Below are positions 38,525 to 50,560 of a stretch of DNA of 64,000 bases, one piece after another. Both the position numbers and the translations under genes were made by a program. The DNA is taken from positions 1 to 64,000 of the forward strand of contig JBEWZL010000309.1 in NCBI GenBank assembly GCA_045837725.1. Reading direction: 5' to 3'. The notes under the pieces were generated by a model. It saw only the letters and a program-made list of their open reading frames with translations. It made no database searches and was not told the origin of the DNA. The first letter of the stretch is position 1. Each line of letters starts with the position of its first letter. The DNA comes from Vermamoeba vermiformis (Eukaryota).

Positions 38525-39073
38525 ATGAAATTAAACTTAAATAAAAGTTTCTTAGCCCCTCAAGCTGACGAGTTATCGTCAATACAACTAAAATTTTTAT
38601 TAATAAACTCGCCGTTTACCGTTATAATAAACAATTATAAATCTAATTTTTCTACTTTAAATTCTGTAAGATCTTTAGTTTTGTTACATAACGGGTTTTC
38701 ATATCATCCTAATAAAAATGTAAAAATTCGAGCATTTAAGGGATTCAATACGGTATTGTCTCCTGATCTGTTAAATGGTCTAGTAATTTTTGCTTTTTTT
38801 GCTCAGTATAAGGATTTAACACATTTTTTAAAAGCTATCGATTCTAAATTTGATTTAACTACTGTAAGTTATTTTTCACTTTTGGTAGACGGGCATGTGG
38901 TCGGAAAGGGTGTATTAAATGACTCATTTAATAATGATAAAATGTTTTTACCAATTAATACTTTATACTCTAGTTGCAATAAAACTATTATTAATAGTAC
39001 GTTTGGGGTTTTCAACCATTCATTAAATAAAATTTATTTTATAATAGATGCCTACACTAAATCAATTAATTAA
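38525..39073 (+). CDS. rpl10: Probable ribosomal protein L10 (divergent)
   Basis: Position between rpl11 and rps12, size 182 aa, weak LLNG motif. Confidence 0.6.
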   Translation: MKLNLNKSFLAPQADELSSIQLKFLLINSPFTVIINNYKSNFSTLNSVRSLVLLHNGFSYHPNKNVKIRAFKGFNTVLSPDLLNGLVIFAFFAQYKDLTHFLKAIDSKFDLTTVSYFSLLVDGHVVGKGVLNDSFNNDKMFLPINTLYSSCNKTIINSTFGVFNHSLNKIYFIIDAYTKSIN

Positions 39074-39428
39074 AGGGCTTCGTGTCTCTAAACGGAGATG
39101 ATGCAAGACCCCCGCCTTCGAGGGTGCGCCGCAACGAAGAGGGGTGTGCTATAAGATTGCTATTGTAACGCCTCGTAAACCTAATTCTGCTCGTCGAAAG
39201 ATAGCTAAGGTTCGTTTGTCTGCTAATAAACGAAGAGTTTTTGCTAATATACCTGGTCAAGGCCATAATCTGCAAGAGTATTCAGTAGTAATGGTTGAAG
39301 GTCATGGACCAAAAGATTTACCGGGTGTAAATTATGCTTTAATTAGAGGTTTATTGGATTTCGTTGGTAAAGAAAGTTTTGAGCGCAGGAAACGAAGATC
39401 GAAATTTGGTGTGAAAAAGAAAGTATAA
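39048..39428 (+). CDS. rps12: Ribosomal protein S12 (126 aa)
   Basis: [25 protein letters not shown] and KDLPGVNY. Confidence 0.97.
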
Positions 39429-39439
39429 TTGCTTTAAAT

Positions 39440-39886
39440 ATGAAAGTTTCTAAATATTTCGATAAAAACTATAGATCCATAATAGCTAGCGCTTTTGTTC
39501 GTAAGGGTTTAAAGGCTAAATCTATTAAATCTTATAATGATTTACTATTGTCGTTAAAAAATTATGGTATAAAAGACCCCGAACATTTTTTAAAAGTCCG
39601 CTTACTAGAATTACAGCCTATAGTAAACTTGCGAAGTGTTAAATTAGGTGGTATAAAATATAAAATTCCATATTTAATAAAAGAGTCTAATCAATTGACT
39701 TTTGCGTCAATTTGATTAACACGTATTAAAAGTTTAAAAAAAACTAGTCGGTCCAGCTTAGTAAAAGCTATAACTGATAATATTTATCAGCTTAGAGACA
39801 AAAAAGGTGCTGCTTACTTGAGGCAACAAGAGTGATATTCAACTGCCTCTCGTAACAGACCTTATCTAAAATATTTGAGAGATTAA
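39440..39886 (+). CDS. rps7: Ribosomal protein S7 (148 aa)
   Basis: RKGLKAKS and VKLGGIKYKIP; follows rps12. Confidence 0.88.
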
Positions 39887-39906
39887 TTTAATAAAAATTG
39901 TAAAAT

Positions 39907-41109
39907 ATGTCTAAAGTTCGTCAAAAAGAAAAATTTGTAAGAGTAAAACCCCACTGCAACATAGGTACTATAGGGCATGTTGACCATGGTAAAACTACTT
40001 TAACCGCCGCTATTACTAAAATCTTAGCTAAAAATATAAAAGGAAATAAATTTATGGATTATAGTGATATTGATCGTCATAAAGAAGAACGCGAACGGGG
40101 AATAACTATAGTTGCTACACACGTTGAATATGAAACTGATAAGCGACACTATTCACATATTGATTGTCCTGGCCACCAACATTACATAAAAAACATGATT
40201 ACAGGAGCTACTCAAATGGAAGGAGCTATTTTAGTTGTATCTGTAACTGATGGTCCTCAAGTACAAACTAGAGAACACGTCATTCTAGCAAAAGAAATTG
40301 GTATTCCTGCCATGGTTGTTTTTGTTAATAAGATGGATGCTTTAAAGGATAAAGATATGGTTGAATTGGTGGAGTTGGAAACCCGTGAGCTTCTTAGTAC
40401 TTACTCGTATCCTTATGATTTGCCTATAATTTTTGGGGCTGCTCGCGTGGCTCTGGAAGAAGACTCTCCTAGCGAATATGGTACTGAATCAATTTTAAAA
40501 CTGATGTCAACTGTAGACTCTTATATACCGCAACCGGAACGACCTATCAATGACCCGTTTTTAATGCCCATTGAAGACGTTTTTTCTATAACTGGTCGGG
40601 GTACTGTCGTAACTGGTAAGGTTGAAAGAGGTACTATTAAGGTTGGAGAGGAAGTAGAGTTGGTTGGACCAACAGTTCTGAAAAGTACTTGTACGGGATT
40701 AGAAATGTACCATAAATATCTAGATTTAGCTCAGGCTGGCGAGAATGTCGGGGCTTTGATTCGAGGTGTATCTTCTGATGCCGTTAAGCGCGGTTTTGTT
40801 CTTGCCAAACCAGGCTCATTAATCCCAGTTACAAATTTTGAAGCAAAAGCTTATATTTTAACTAAAAAAGAAGGAGGCCGCAGCAAACCGTTTATTTCTA
40901 ATTATAAGCCTCAATTTTTTTTTCGAACAGCCAATGTTACAGGAGCTGTAAAACTTTCAGAGGATAAATCTATTGTAATGCCGGGTGATACAGTAAATTT
41001 TAAGGTAGAACTTATTGAAAAGGCCCCAATCTCAGAGGGTTTAAGGTTTACTCTTAGAGAAGGTAGTTTAACTATTGGCGCGGGTGTTATAACCAAAATA
41101 CTGGGTTAA
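39907..41109 (+). CDS. tufA: Elongation factor Tu (400 aa)
   Basis: [23 protein letters not shown] and PQFFFRTA. Confidence 0.98.
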   Translation: MSKVRQKEKFVRVKPHCNIGTIGHVDHGKTTLTAAITKILAKNIKGNKFMDYSDIDRHKEERERGITIVATHVEYETDKRHYSHIDCPGHQHYIKNMITGATQMEGAILVVSVTDGPQVQTREHVILAKEIGIPAMVVFVNKMDALKDKDMVELVELETRELLSTYSYPYDLPIIFGAARVALEEDSPSEYGTESILKLMSTVDSYIPQPERPINDPFLMPIEDVFSITGRGTVVTGKVERGTIKVGEEVELVGPTVLKSTCTGLEMYHKYLDLAQAGENVGALIRGVSSDAVKRGFVLAKPGSLIPVTNFEAKAYILTKKEGGRSKPFISNYKPQFFFRTANVTGAVKLSEDKSIVMPGDTVNFKVELIEKAPISEGLRFTLREGSLTIGAGVITKILG

Positions 41110-41110
41110 T

Positions 41111-41878
41111 ATGCTTTCTAATTTGTTAGCGATTGTTCAAAAAAAGCTTCGCAGTCGCTTGTATAATAAGGGTGGGCGAGGTCACTCCGGGAACATTACT
41201 GTTCGTCATAGGGGGGGTCTTCGCCACCGCAAGGTTTACCGCTATATAAATTTTATAGCGCCTTCGGATGTAGAAGGTGTGGTCTTGAAGATAATGCGTG
41301 ACCCGAATCGTACAGCTAATATCGCTCTTTTATACTATTTGTCGGGTTATTGCGGGTATATTATTGCTGCGGAAGGGTTGAGGGTAGGCTCTACTGTTTT
41401 TTCTGGATCATTCCCTCCTAAATTAGAGGACGCCTTCGCGGTTGGTTCAGTTTTACCCCTAAAGCTCTTACCGATTGGTTTTGTGGTTCATAACGTGGAA
41501 ATAGCCCCTGGACAAGGTGCAAAAATTTGTAGGGCTGCCGGTTCATCTGCTGTTGTGTTAAAAAAACTTGAGGGTAAAGTTCTATTAAAGTTACGATCAG
41601 GGTGAAATATGTGGTTAAATGAAAATTGTTTAGTTTCGCTTGGGGTGGTTTCAAACTCTGCTCACATTGATCGAATTATTCCTAAAGCGGGCCTAGTTCG
41701 TCATATGGGTTTTAGGCCGACAGTGCGGGGAATTGCTAAAAATCCTGTTGATCACCCGCACGGAGGTAGGTCAAATAAGGGTCAACACCCGACTACTCCG
41801 TGGGGTCGTCTTACTAAAGGGAAACCAACCGTATCGACTAAAAGACGCTTAAGTAAAGTAATATATCGTTTTAAATAA
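41111..41878 (+). CDS. rpl2: Ribosomal protein L2 (255 aa)
   Basis: GNITVRHRGG, DPNRTANIAL and NPVDHPHGG. Confidence 0.96.
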
Positions 41879-41879
41879 T

Positions 41880-42161
41880 ATGAATCGCGCTTCTTGAAAA
41901 TTACCTTACGTTAATCATTCTTTTTTCAGGTTTTTCAAAAAGCCTTCGGACAAGCCCCTTAATACTTGGTCTCGTAATTCAATGTTTTTATACCCACATC
42001 TTAGTAAAACCTTTAAAATTTATAACGGTCGAAAATTTGTCTCCGTTCAGGTTAAAAAAGCCCTTTTGGGTTATTATTCAGGTGAGTTCTGTATGTCTAA
42101 GTTTTTAGGTCGTAAAATTCATCTTAGGAAAAAGAAAAAGAAAGCAAACTTAAAAAAATAA
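41880..42161 (+). CDS. rps19: Ribosomal protein S19 (93 aa)
   Basis: MNRASWKLPY (W=TGA), WSRNS, IYNGRKF and GEF. Confidence 0.9.
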
Positions 42162-42162
42162 T

Positions 42163-43203
42163 ATGGGCCATTTAGTAAATCCAGTAGGTGTTCGTTTAAA
42201 TTATTCATTAACTTGATCTGACTCTTGAAATGCAACAAATAGAGTTCATTATTTTAATTATTATGCTAATTCTATTCTGGTAAAAACATATTTAAGTTAT
42301 TTTTTTTCTAGAGAATACATTGAGAATTATGGTATCTTTTTTAGTCATTTTTCGATCTTTTGAAATTCTAATAATTTTTTTGTAGAGGTGAGTTTATATG
42401 ATGGCCGGGTTGAGGATTGAATTGAAACCTGTGTTAACTTGTTTTCCCAAGATTTAAAACGAGTTATCTCTTATAGTTTAAAATCCTTTAAGTTAAACAC
42501 AAAAAATGTAGAGTTTACTAGGTCGATTGATTATAATTTTTTTCGTTTTATTGTTTCTCTTCTTTTGAAATTAATGTTCAAATTTGATGATGAAGCATTA
42601 AAAAAAATGTACTTTAATGTTGATTCTAATAATAGAAAATCAAATTTACTTTTTAGTCTTATAAATTTTTTAGTATTTCGTAGCCGAAAAGAAGATTTAA
42701 TTATTCGTAAGTCTAGTGGTACGCTAAAATTTTTTTTACGCCTTTTTTGTTTAATGTTTTATCAGACCCCTCTTTATACTCATTTGATAAACGATTTAAA
42801 AAATAATTTATTTTCTATGTTGGGCACTCGACCGACGTTGTTAATTTATGGTTGTGAGAATAAGAATGTAACTTCGGCTTTTATCTCTAGATTTTTAGCT
42901 AGAAAATTAGCTCAAAAGTATAAATGAGCTGAATTAATGTCTTCTTTGAGAAAAGAATTAAACTATATGACCGATACGGAAAAATTCTTATACGGTTATA
43001 AGATCCAGTTCCACGGTAGATTCACGCGTCGTTCAAGGTCGGAGGCTGTTACAACAGGTTACGGTCGCGTGTCCACAAGTACTATTAGCGCAATGATTGA
43101 TTACGCTACTTCTAGCCTTACATTAAGGAATGGTGCAGGTTCTGTAAAAGTCTGACTTTATCGTGCCCCAAGATTTAAAACATTTTCTTATAAAATTATA
43201 TAG
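42163..43203 (+). CDS. rps3: Ribosomal protein S3 (346 aa)
   Basis: MGHLVNPVGVRL, GYKIQFHGRF, IDYA and GSVKVWL. Confidence 0.9.
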
Positions 43204-43204
43204 T

Positions 43205-43621
43205 ATGAAAACAAATCCTCAAAACTTAAAGTTTAAAAAGTACCATAAACCTTCAATTGATTTAAATAAAAATAACGTTAATTTTAAATTGAGGTTTGGA
43301 TCACTAGGTTTACAAACTACCTCTAACGGTCCTCTTACATTTGCCCAAATAGAGGCAGGAAGAAAGTCGCTTCGAAGAGTTTTGAAAAAGACAGGGTCAC
43401 TTTGAGTAAGGGTCTTCCCATATAGCCCTATAACTAAAAAACCTTTATCTGTTAGAATGGGTAAAGGAAAAGGACCCGTTAATTCTTGAATTTGTGTTAC
43501 TAAGTCTGGTCAAATAGTTTATGAATTAAAAAATATATCTTTTAGTTTAGCGAGACACGCTATCCGTTCCGCTGTCAAAAAATTACCAATTAAAGGTTCC
43601 ATAGTCAAACAAGTATTTTAG
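43205..43621 (+). CDS. rpl16: Ribosomal protein L16 (138 aa)
   Basis: QIEAGRK, WVRVFP and RMGKGKG. Confidence 0.95.
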
Positions 43622-43622
43622 T

Positions 43623-43991
43623 ATGTTGCAACATGAATCGAGGGTAACAGTAGCTGATAACTCTGGTGCTAAAAGGGTTATGGTAATTCAAAAATTAGGT
43701 GGTTCAAATCGTGGTTTGGTGTGCCAGGGTCAGATTGCTGTCGTTGTTGTGAAAGACAGTGATCTGAGTCGAAAAAAAACTTATAAGTCGACTATACACA
43801 GAGCCTTGGTTTTAAGATCTCGAATTTCTATAGCCCGTACTAGTACTTTTAGAATCCGTTTTGATGAAACGGCAGTTATTATTGTTAATAAAAAAAATTT
43901 ACCTTTAGGTAGTAGGATTAGGGGTCCCGTTTTGCAAGAATTGTGCGAAAAGTTTCCGTTTATTGGGACATTATCTCAAGTAATTATCTAG
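43623..43991 (+). CDS. rpl14: Ribosomal protein L14
   Basis: VADNSGAK, IRFDETA and GSRIRGPV. Confidence 0.95.
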   Translation: MLQHESRVTVADNSGAKRVMVIQKLGGSNRGLVCQGQIAVVVVKDSDLSRKKTYKSTIHRALVLRSRISIARTSTFRIRFDETAVIIVNKKNLPLGSRIRGPVLQELCEKFPFIGTLSQVII

Positions 43992-43998
43992 TAATTTT

Positions 43999-44562
43999 AT
44001 GAATTCTTTTTACAATAAAAATATTTATTCGAATTTAGTTCAGCAAAAATTTTCTATACCAGCAAATTTAATTTCTACAAAAATTTTTGTAGAAATTAAA
44101 TTTGCTGGTATAGAAAATTTAGAGGATGAGTCAATTTTGAAATCTTTTTATTTCTTTTTACTTATATTTAATTTGTTACCAGCTTTTAAAAATTTTCGTT
44201 CTCGGTACCATTTAGGTAAAACTTTTTATCAATTTGAAATATTTCTGAATTTTAATATTTCTTATTTTGATTTATTTTTAAATAATTTTTTGCCTGCTCA
44301 GTTGAGCGAACCGCACAAAATTAATTTTAATTCAAGTATACTCTATAATAATTTTTCTTTAAATATGAATGATTTAAAAAGTTTTTATTTAGTTGAATCA
44401 AATCCTCATTTTTTTAAATGAGAAAAAGACTTGTACATAAACTGTTTTACTTCTCGCAATAAAAAATTAAGTTCTTTAAAAATGTCAAACATAAATTTTT
44501 TCTCTCTTGAAAATTTTAAATCTAATAAGTTTTTTAATTTTTGAAATAGTTATGTGAGCTAA
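43999..44562 (+). CDS. rpl5: Probable ribosomal protein L5 (187 aa, highly divergent)
   Basis: Position between rpl14 and rps14 and size; little motif conservation. Confidence 0.6.
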
Positions 44563-44851
44563 GCAATTAAAAGATAGAAAAACTCGTTTTTATTATAATA
44601 AAAACGAGTTTAAGAATTTACCACTTTCTTTTTTATTGTCGAATCCTTCTTTGGATAGCGTTTATAGATTTGCTTTAAGTAAAAAATTCTCTTTGGCAAA
44701 GAAAAAAAATTTCAGGACTCAAATAAAAAATAGATGTGTCATTAGTCTTAGATCTCGTAGTACTCTAAGGAATTTCCGTTTGTCTAGGATTGTTTTTAGA
44801 TCGTTTGCTTCGAGCGGTCTTCTTTTAGGAATAAAAAAATCGTCTTGATAG
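44552..44851 (+). CDS. rps14: Ribosomal protein S14 (99 aa)
   Basis: IKNRCVISLRSR, FRLSRIVFR and C-terminal KSSW (W=TGA) followed by TAG. Confidence 0.93.
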
Positions 44852-44852
44852 T

Positions 44853-45248
44853 ATGAAAATAAAATTAGCATATTTAATCTCAGCTATTAATAGCGGTATT
44901 TTGAATCGCTCTTTTTCGGTTGAAGTGCCTTACTCTTCTTTAAATTATGAAATTCTGAATTTATTTTTAAAACAAAATTTAATAAATGGTTTTTCATTTA
45001 GGAATAATAAATTTGAAGTTGTTTTGAGGTATTATCAAGGCAGGGGGGTCATAAAGAAATTAAATTTAATTTCGAAATTAAAAAGATATATTTATATGAA
45101 TAAATCAAAATTGCAAAATAAAACTAGGTCGGGTAATGTAAGTGGTTTTTATATTCTATCTACACCTAACGGGTTGGTGACACATTTTGAGTCTTTGAAT
45201 TTAGACGACAATTTAGGTGGTGAGGTGCTGTTAAAGGTAGTTTTATAA
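44853..45248 (+). CDS. rps8: Ribosomal protein S8
   Basis: ILSTPNG and GGEVL. Confidence 0.92.
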   Translation: MKIKLAYLISAINSGILNRSFSVEVPYSSLNYEILNLFLKQNLINGFSFRNNKFEVVLRYYQGRGVIKKLNLISKLKRYIYMNKSKLQNKTRSGNVSGFYILSTPNGLVTHFESLNLDDNLGGEVLLKVVL

Positions 45249-45255
45249 AGATTTT

Positions 45256-45765
45256 ATGATTTTTAGTGGTAATAAATTTTTTTTGGATAATAACGTAGAT
45301 CTCCATTTTGGACCTTCGGGTTATGTATATATATCTGGCCCATTAGGCGTTATATCAAATAAACTTTTTTTTGCTTTTGAATTTAAAAGTAGTGGTTTTA
45401 ATCGCTCGCTTAGGGCTTCAACTTTTAAACATTTATTTTCTTCTATTAAATTTGGTATTTCATCTGTTACTTTGGGGTATTATGTGTTTATTGATTTAGT
45501 AGGTCTTGGTTATAAAATTAAAAGGATCACTAATTTGGTGTACAGGTTTTATTTAGGGCAAGCGCATTACGTATATGTTTATGTGCCTTCAGATGTTTTA
45601 TTTTGGGCTTATCAGAATAAAATAACTTTATTTAGTATTTATGCAGATAAACTTTTCTCTTTATCAACTAGTATTATGTTGCTAAGAAAACTTAATGCTT
45701 ATAAATTACGTGGGTTAATAAGACCTGGTCAAATAATAATTTTAAAAGAAGGTAAACAACGTTAA
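45256..45765 (+). CDS. rpl6: Ribosomal protein L6
   Basis: GPLG, LVGLGYK, NAYKLRG and LKEGK. Confidence 0.88.
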   Translation: MIFSGNKFFLDNNVDLHFGPSGYVYISGPLGVISNKLFFAFEFKSSGFNRSLRASTFKHLFSSIKFGISSVTLGYYVFIDLVGLGYKIKRITNLVYRFYLGQAHYVYVYVPSDVLFWAYQNKITLFSIYADKLFSLSTSIMLLRKLNAYKLRGLIRPGQIIILKEGKQR

Positions 45766-45774
45766 TTTTTTTAA

Positions 45775-46137
45775 ATGTATATTTTTAAAGAGGTAAAATT
45801 TTCTTCAAAAGGGTTGCTATCTTCAAATTTTTCCCGTATATATGGATTGGGTTACAGTAAATCTTTTTATTTACTGGAAAAATTAGGCTTTAATCGTCTA
45901 GCGTGAGTGCGCTCTTTAAACTTGTATAGATTTAATAGTATTATTTTTTTTTTGAAAAAATTTTATATGACCGAAAATGTTTTAAAACGCTCAATTTATT
46001 TAAATATTCAAAAAAAAATAAATATTAATAGTTATGCCGGATTTCGTCATATTTCAAATTTACCGGTCCGTGGACAACGAACCCACACTAATGCTAAAAC
46101 TTCTCGTTCACGTAAAATGTTAAAAGTAAAGGTTTAA
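45775..46137 (+). CDS. rps13: Ribosomal protein S13 (120 aa)
   Basis: IYGLG and YAGFRHISNLPVRGQRTHTNAKT. Confidence 0.94.
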
Positions 46138-46141
46138 AATT

Positions 46142-46591
46142 ATGCTTGTTACTGCTTCTGCTCGTTTTAAAAAGTATGCTAATAGAAATAAGTTTGTTTT
46201 CTCGAAAAAACCGCAGCCTAAAAAAGCCGGTTTTTTTAATGAGTTAGAATATCCCCGCATATATATAAGAAATAATTCAAAAACATTATTTTTTACTTTA
46301 ACGGATAAGTCAGGCCGTGTTCTTTGCGCTTTTTCCTCTGGTATGGTTGGTTTTAAGGGTTCCAAGCGCTTGGGTACTCCTGCCGTAGACTCCTTGTCAC
46401 GTAAAGTCGCTTTATTTGCTAAACAGCTTAACATGAAGGTTATATCTGTTGTTTTAAAAGTCACTAATAATTTGTTTAATATTACAGCTATGAAAATATT
46501 TTTTGATCATGGTTTAAAAGTCTTAAAAATTACTGAACGTGTTCCACTTTCCCATAACGGTCGGCGTTTTAAAAAGTCTAGAAGAATTTAG
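46142..46591 (+). CDS. rps11: Ribosomal protein S11
   Basis: SSGMVGFKGSKR and PLSHNGRRFKKSRR. Confidence 0.92.
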   Translation: MLVTASARFKKYANRNKFVFSKKPQPKKAGFFNELEYPRIYIRNNSKTLFFTLTDKSGRVLCAFSSGMVGFKGSKRLGTPAVDSLSRKVALFAKQLNMKVISVVLKVTNNLFNITAMKIFFDHGLKVLKITERVPLSHNGRRFKKSRRI

Positions 46592-46599
46592 TTATTGTT

Positions 46600-49092
46600 A
46601 TGTTCTCGAATGATTTTAATATTCCATTTTTTTTTGATAATACTTTAAATAAGAAATTTAAAGTTTTCGGGCAGGTTTTGTATATTTATTTTGATCCTAC
46701 TTTTCGCCGTTATGTTTCTGTGATTGATGTGGGCTTAAAGCAAAGGTCTACTATTTTTGTGGATGAAGTTTTTAAATATAGGAAGTCTTTTTTAGATAAT
46801 AATTTTCAGTTTATATTTTCAAAGAAGAAAGATACCTTTTTTTTAAAGCCCGTTCATTTTTTGAATTCAAAAAATGAACGGGCTTTAAAAAAAAGGTATC
46901 TTTCTTTTTCAGACAGGGGGTTTTCATTTTTAAAATTGAATCAGTTTTCATTTTTAAATGTAAAATATTTTACATTTAAAAATGAAAACTGATTCAATTT
47001 TAAAAATGAAGCAATGCTAAGTTTATTAAGTTTGAAGTCTTTGCATTTTTACCGCTTGTTAAAGTCTTATAAAATTTATGCTTTGATTTTTTTAAATTTT
47101 TTAAAAAATTTAAAGCATAAATTTTATAAGACTTTAACAACTTTTATTCTTTTACGATTTTTAGTTCTTAACACTTTAAATATTTATAAATCGTTGCTAT
47201 ATGCATATTATGTTCAACATAAGGTGAATTTATCTCGGTTTTTATCGTGGTTTGATTCATTTAAGAATAAAATCTTAACTATTTTTGTTTATCATTTTTC
47301 CGATTTAAATTTAAAAAAACTACCTTTAAATGAGTCAAATAGTTTTTTTAAATTTAAATCGGAAAAATCTTTAACACATCATTTTGATTTTTTAAAAAAT
47401 AGCAGTAAGTTAAAGAAATTAAAGAAGCGTAAGGTAATTAGTAAATCTAAAAGAATAAATTATTTTTTAAAAAATCAAAATAGACTTTATTTACGAGGTT
47501 TAAATGAAAATTCTAACTTATTTAATCTATCAAAATTTAATTTTGATAGATTAAATAAGTTAGAATTTTCATTTAAACCGTATTCTTTTAAATTTAATAC
47601 TAGTCGGTTTAATTTTTTAAATTCACATTTTGACTCTAGACCTGTAGCTCTTAACAAGAAATTAAGGACCCCTAATTATTTTTCAGTTCTTACCAGGGGT
47701 CGCGCTTACGCTTTAGTTAATAAGTTTTCTTTTTTTAATATTTTTACATATAGCGCATTTTTGCGTCGTAAAATATTTAAGAATTGGTTAAAGTTTTTAA
47801 TATATTATGAAAAATTAAATTATTTAGTTATTTTGAATAATGAAGAAGTTTCGCTTGATAAACGACATTCTTTAAATTTTTTTTATTCTCTGTATTTCCC
47901 TTTAATTTTTAATTTTCGAAATTTATTCTTTAATTTATTGAAATTTTTTAAATCTATAAAGGCTATTCATGAAAATTTACTTTTTAAAAATTTAGGTTTT
48001 TGGTTTTTAAAAAAAAAGAAATTCAATAAACGATTTTTTGGTATTTTGTTAAACTTTTTACTACTTAGTAGTAAAAAGTTTAACAAAATACCAAAAAATC
48101 GTTTATTGAATTTATCTTCGGTGTACTATAAATCTAATTTTAAGGGTTCAAATCTTTCTACCTTTAATAATTTGGGTTTAATAAAATATATGTTTTTAGG
48201 TTTTTTTAATATTTTTTTGGAAAATGTAAATTATTTATATACAAATTTAAAACTTAATGAAAAATTTATAAACAATAGTTTAGCTAAACTATTGTTTATA
48301 AATTTTTCATTAAGTTTTAATACTTTAGTTTATAATAGAAATCATTTAAGTTTAAATACGAATATTGAAGACTCGAAAAGTTATTTAAATACAGCATGAA
48401 TTCCAGTTTTTAAGATATTTAAAAGTTTAAGAATAGTCTCAAAATACGCTAAAAAATATCGCCGTAGAGCAAATTTTTCTAAAAGAAAAAAATTTAAATC
48501 TAATTTTAAAAAACGCGGTCATTTTTTAGCCCCTATTGGTACATCTTTTAGATTCCAAAAATTATTTATTTATCCTTTTAAAGTTAGGTCTCTAAATACC
48601 CAGGATTGATCTGCTTCAATTAGAAGGGTTCGAGTTTCTCCTACTCTTTCGCGTTATGGCGCTTATTTAAATCGCCTTAATGCTTTGTCTAGGAAATTTA
48701 AAAGTAAAGTTAGGCTTTTTCCGCTGAGAGTTTTTAAAAACCGTTTGAGTATGAATTTTGATAAATCAAAGTATTCTTCTTCTTCAAATATTTATTACCA
48801 GCGTTTTTTAACTAACCTTTTACCTAAGACATCAAGAATTAAGAGGTCTTTAAACATTATAAAAATGGATCGCTTTATTAGGAAGTGAGATAAAAATCAG
48901 TTTTTTGCTAATCCCGTTAATAAAAATATAAAACGCAAATTTATTAAAGAGAAATTTAAAAATAGAGAGTTTAATAAATACTCGTTTAACAGAAAAAATT
49001 CTTATAATCGTGCTTTCACACATAAAAGTGTATCTTTTAATTCATCTAAGAGACCCTTTTATAAGAACCGATCTACTAAACGATTCTACTAA
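46600..49092 (+). CDS. Very basic 830-aa ORF, probably an expanded ribosomal protein S1
   Basis: Three ORF pieces in one frame joined by TGA. N-terminal VFGQVLYI...VIDVGLK resembles an S1 domain. Lies directly after rps11. Confidence 0.55.
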
Positions 49093-49122
49093 ATAAGTTT
49101 ACGCTTGATAGCTTTTTAAAAG

Positions 49123-49204
49123 TGATGTTGTTACTGTAATAGGAACACAAGATATTGTGTTCGGTGAAATTGATAGATAAATTTTTTTATAATTTTTTTT
49201 TATG
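49123..49204 (+). repeat. Direct duplicate of the nad7 3' end, spacer and ATG (52259-52341)
   Basis: TGATGTTGTTACTGTAATAGGAACACAAGATATTGTG...TATG is identical apart from one T in a homopolymer. Confidence 0.95.
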
Positions 49205-49657
49205 CCACATCTTGATTATCTTACTTATTTAAGTCAAGTGTTTTGATTTTTATTGTTTTTTTGAATTGCGTACTTTTTGTTTTTTTTTGTTTTTTTCCCT
49301 AAACTTTATTACTCATTTCGTATTCGTAAATTAAAATTTGATTTTCTTTTTGATAAGTACATTTCTAGTGAATATAAGGTAAATTTTTATAGTTTTTTTT
49401 TTAAGGATTATTCTGAAAAATTTACAAATGTTGTTTTTTCTTTTTTAAAGGATTTAAAGTCAAGATACAATTTATCTTTAAACTCTACTTACAAAAAATT
49501 TAGATTAGTGGCTTTTCTTTTAAATACTTATTTAGTCGAATCCTTTTATCTTTATTGAACTAAAGGTGTAGCATTAAATTTTTCTTCTTTTTTGAACGCA
49601 ACCTTTTTTTATGATAAAAAAAGATTTATTATATTAAGTAAAGTTAATTTAATTTAA
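49202..49657 (+). CDS. atp8: ATP synthase subunit 8 (151 aa)
   Basis: N-terminal MPHLDYLTYLSQVFW. Confidence 0.9.
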
Positions 49658-49666
49658 TAATTAGTT

Positions 49667-50161
49667 ATGTACGTAAATTATATTCTGTTATTTTTATTTA
49701 TTTTTATTGGTAAGGGTTTTTTTAGCTGGGATGAGGAATTTCTAATTGCCCTTGGCTTATTTTTGGTTATTTATTTTTTATTTAATCTATTAAAAACTTC
49801 TTTATTTAATTCTTTAATTGAGCAAATAGACAAAATTGCTCTAAAATTTATGTTTTTTTATTCTTTAAACATAATTATGTTAAAAATACTTATAAATAGT
49901 TTTAAGCGTGAATTTGAACTTAAAAGTTCTATCTCTTATGTTTATCTATATTTGAGTTCTTATACAGCTGATTTTTCCAGCATTAATAAGGTTTACTTGG
50001 TTTCAGTTTATAAGAATACGATGAATCAATTATTGTCAAAATTACTATTAAGTAATTTTGAAGTTAACAAGCACTTTTATGTTTCTTCTTCAAATGATTT
50101 ATCAGATTTGAATAAATTTATTTTTTCTTTAGAAAAAGTTTTATTTAATAAAACTTTTTAA
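49667..50161 (+). CDS. atp4: Probable ATP synthase subunit 4 (b)
   Basis: WDEEFLIAL motif between N-terminal hydrophobic segments; follows atp8. Confidence 0.7.
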   Translation: MYVNYILLFLFIFIGKGFFSWDEEFLIALGLFLVIYFLFNLLKTSLFNSLIEQIDKIALKFMFFYSLNIIMLKILINSFKREFELKSSISYVYLYLSSYTADFSSINKVYLVSVYKNTMNQLLSKLLLSNFEVNKHFYVSSSNDLSDLNKFIFSLEKVLFNKTF

Positions 50162-50205
50162 AACTTTTTAAAGAACCCTTAAATTTAAATTTTGTAGCGT
50201 TGGGT

Positions 50206-50559
50206 ATGCTTGTTGAATACGCTAATATTGGTATTTATTGAATATTAATAATTATTATAGCTTTGGCGCTTTGTGTTTTATCCTTTTTGTTGGTTTATCA
50301 TAAACCAGATGATGAAAAGTTGAGCGCTTATGAGTGTGGCTTTAGCCCTTTTGGTGATGCTCGTGGTCGTTTTGAAGTTAAATTTTATTTAGTAGCTATT
50401 TTATTTATAATATTCGATTTAGAGATTACATTCTTATTTCCTTGGTCCGTCGTTGTTGGTCATATAGGGTTTTGGGGGTTTAATTCTATGTTTATCTTTT
50501 TGTTTATTTTAACGATAGGTTTTATATATGAATGGATGAAAGGTGCTTTAGATTGGTAG
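50206..50559 (+). CDS. nad3: NADH dehydrogenase subunit 3 (117 aa)
   Basis: [10 protein letters not shown] and [14 protein letters not shown]. Confidence 0.96.
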
Positions 50560-50560
50560 T

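Noticed and set aside
36350-46591. Bacterial endosymbiont or plastid origin, suggested by tufA and the ribosomal protein operon
   Set aside because: The mitochondrial respiratory gene set, atp8/atp4, the TGA=Trp code and the absence of rpo, photosystem or metabolic genes indicate mtDNA.
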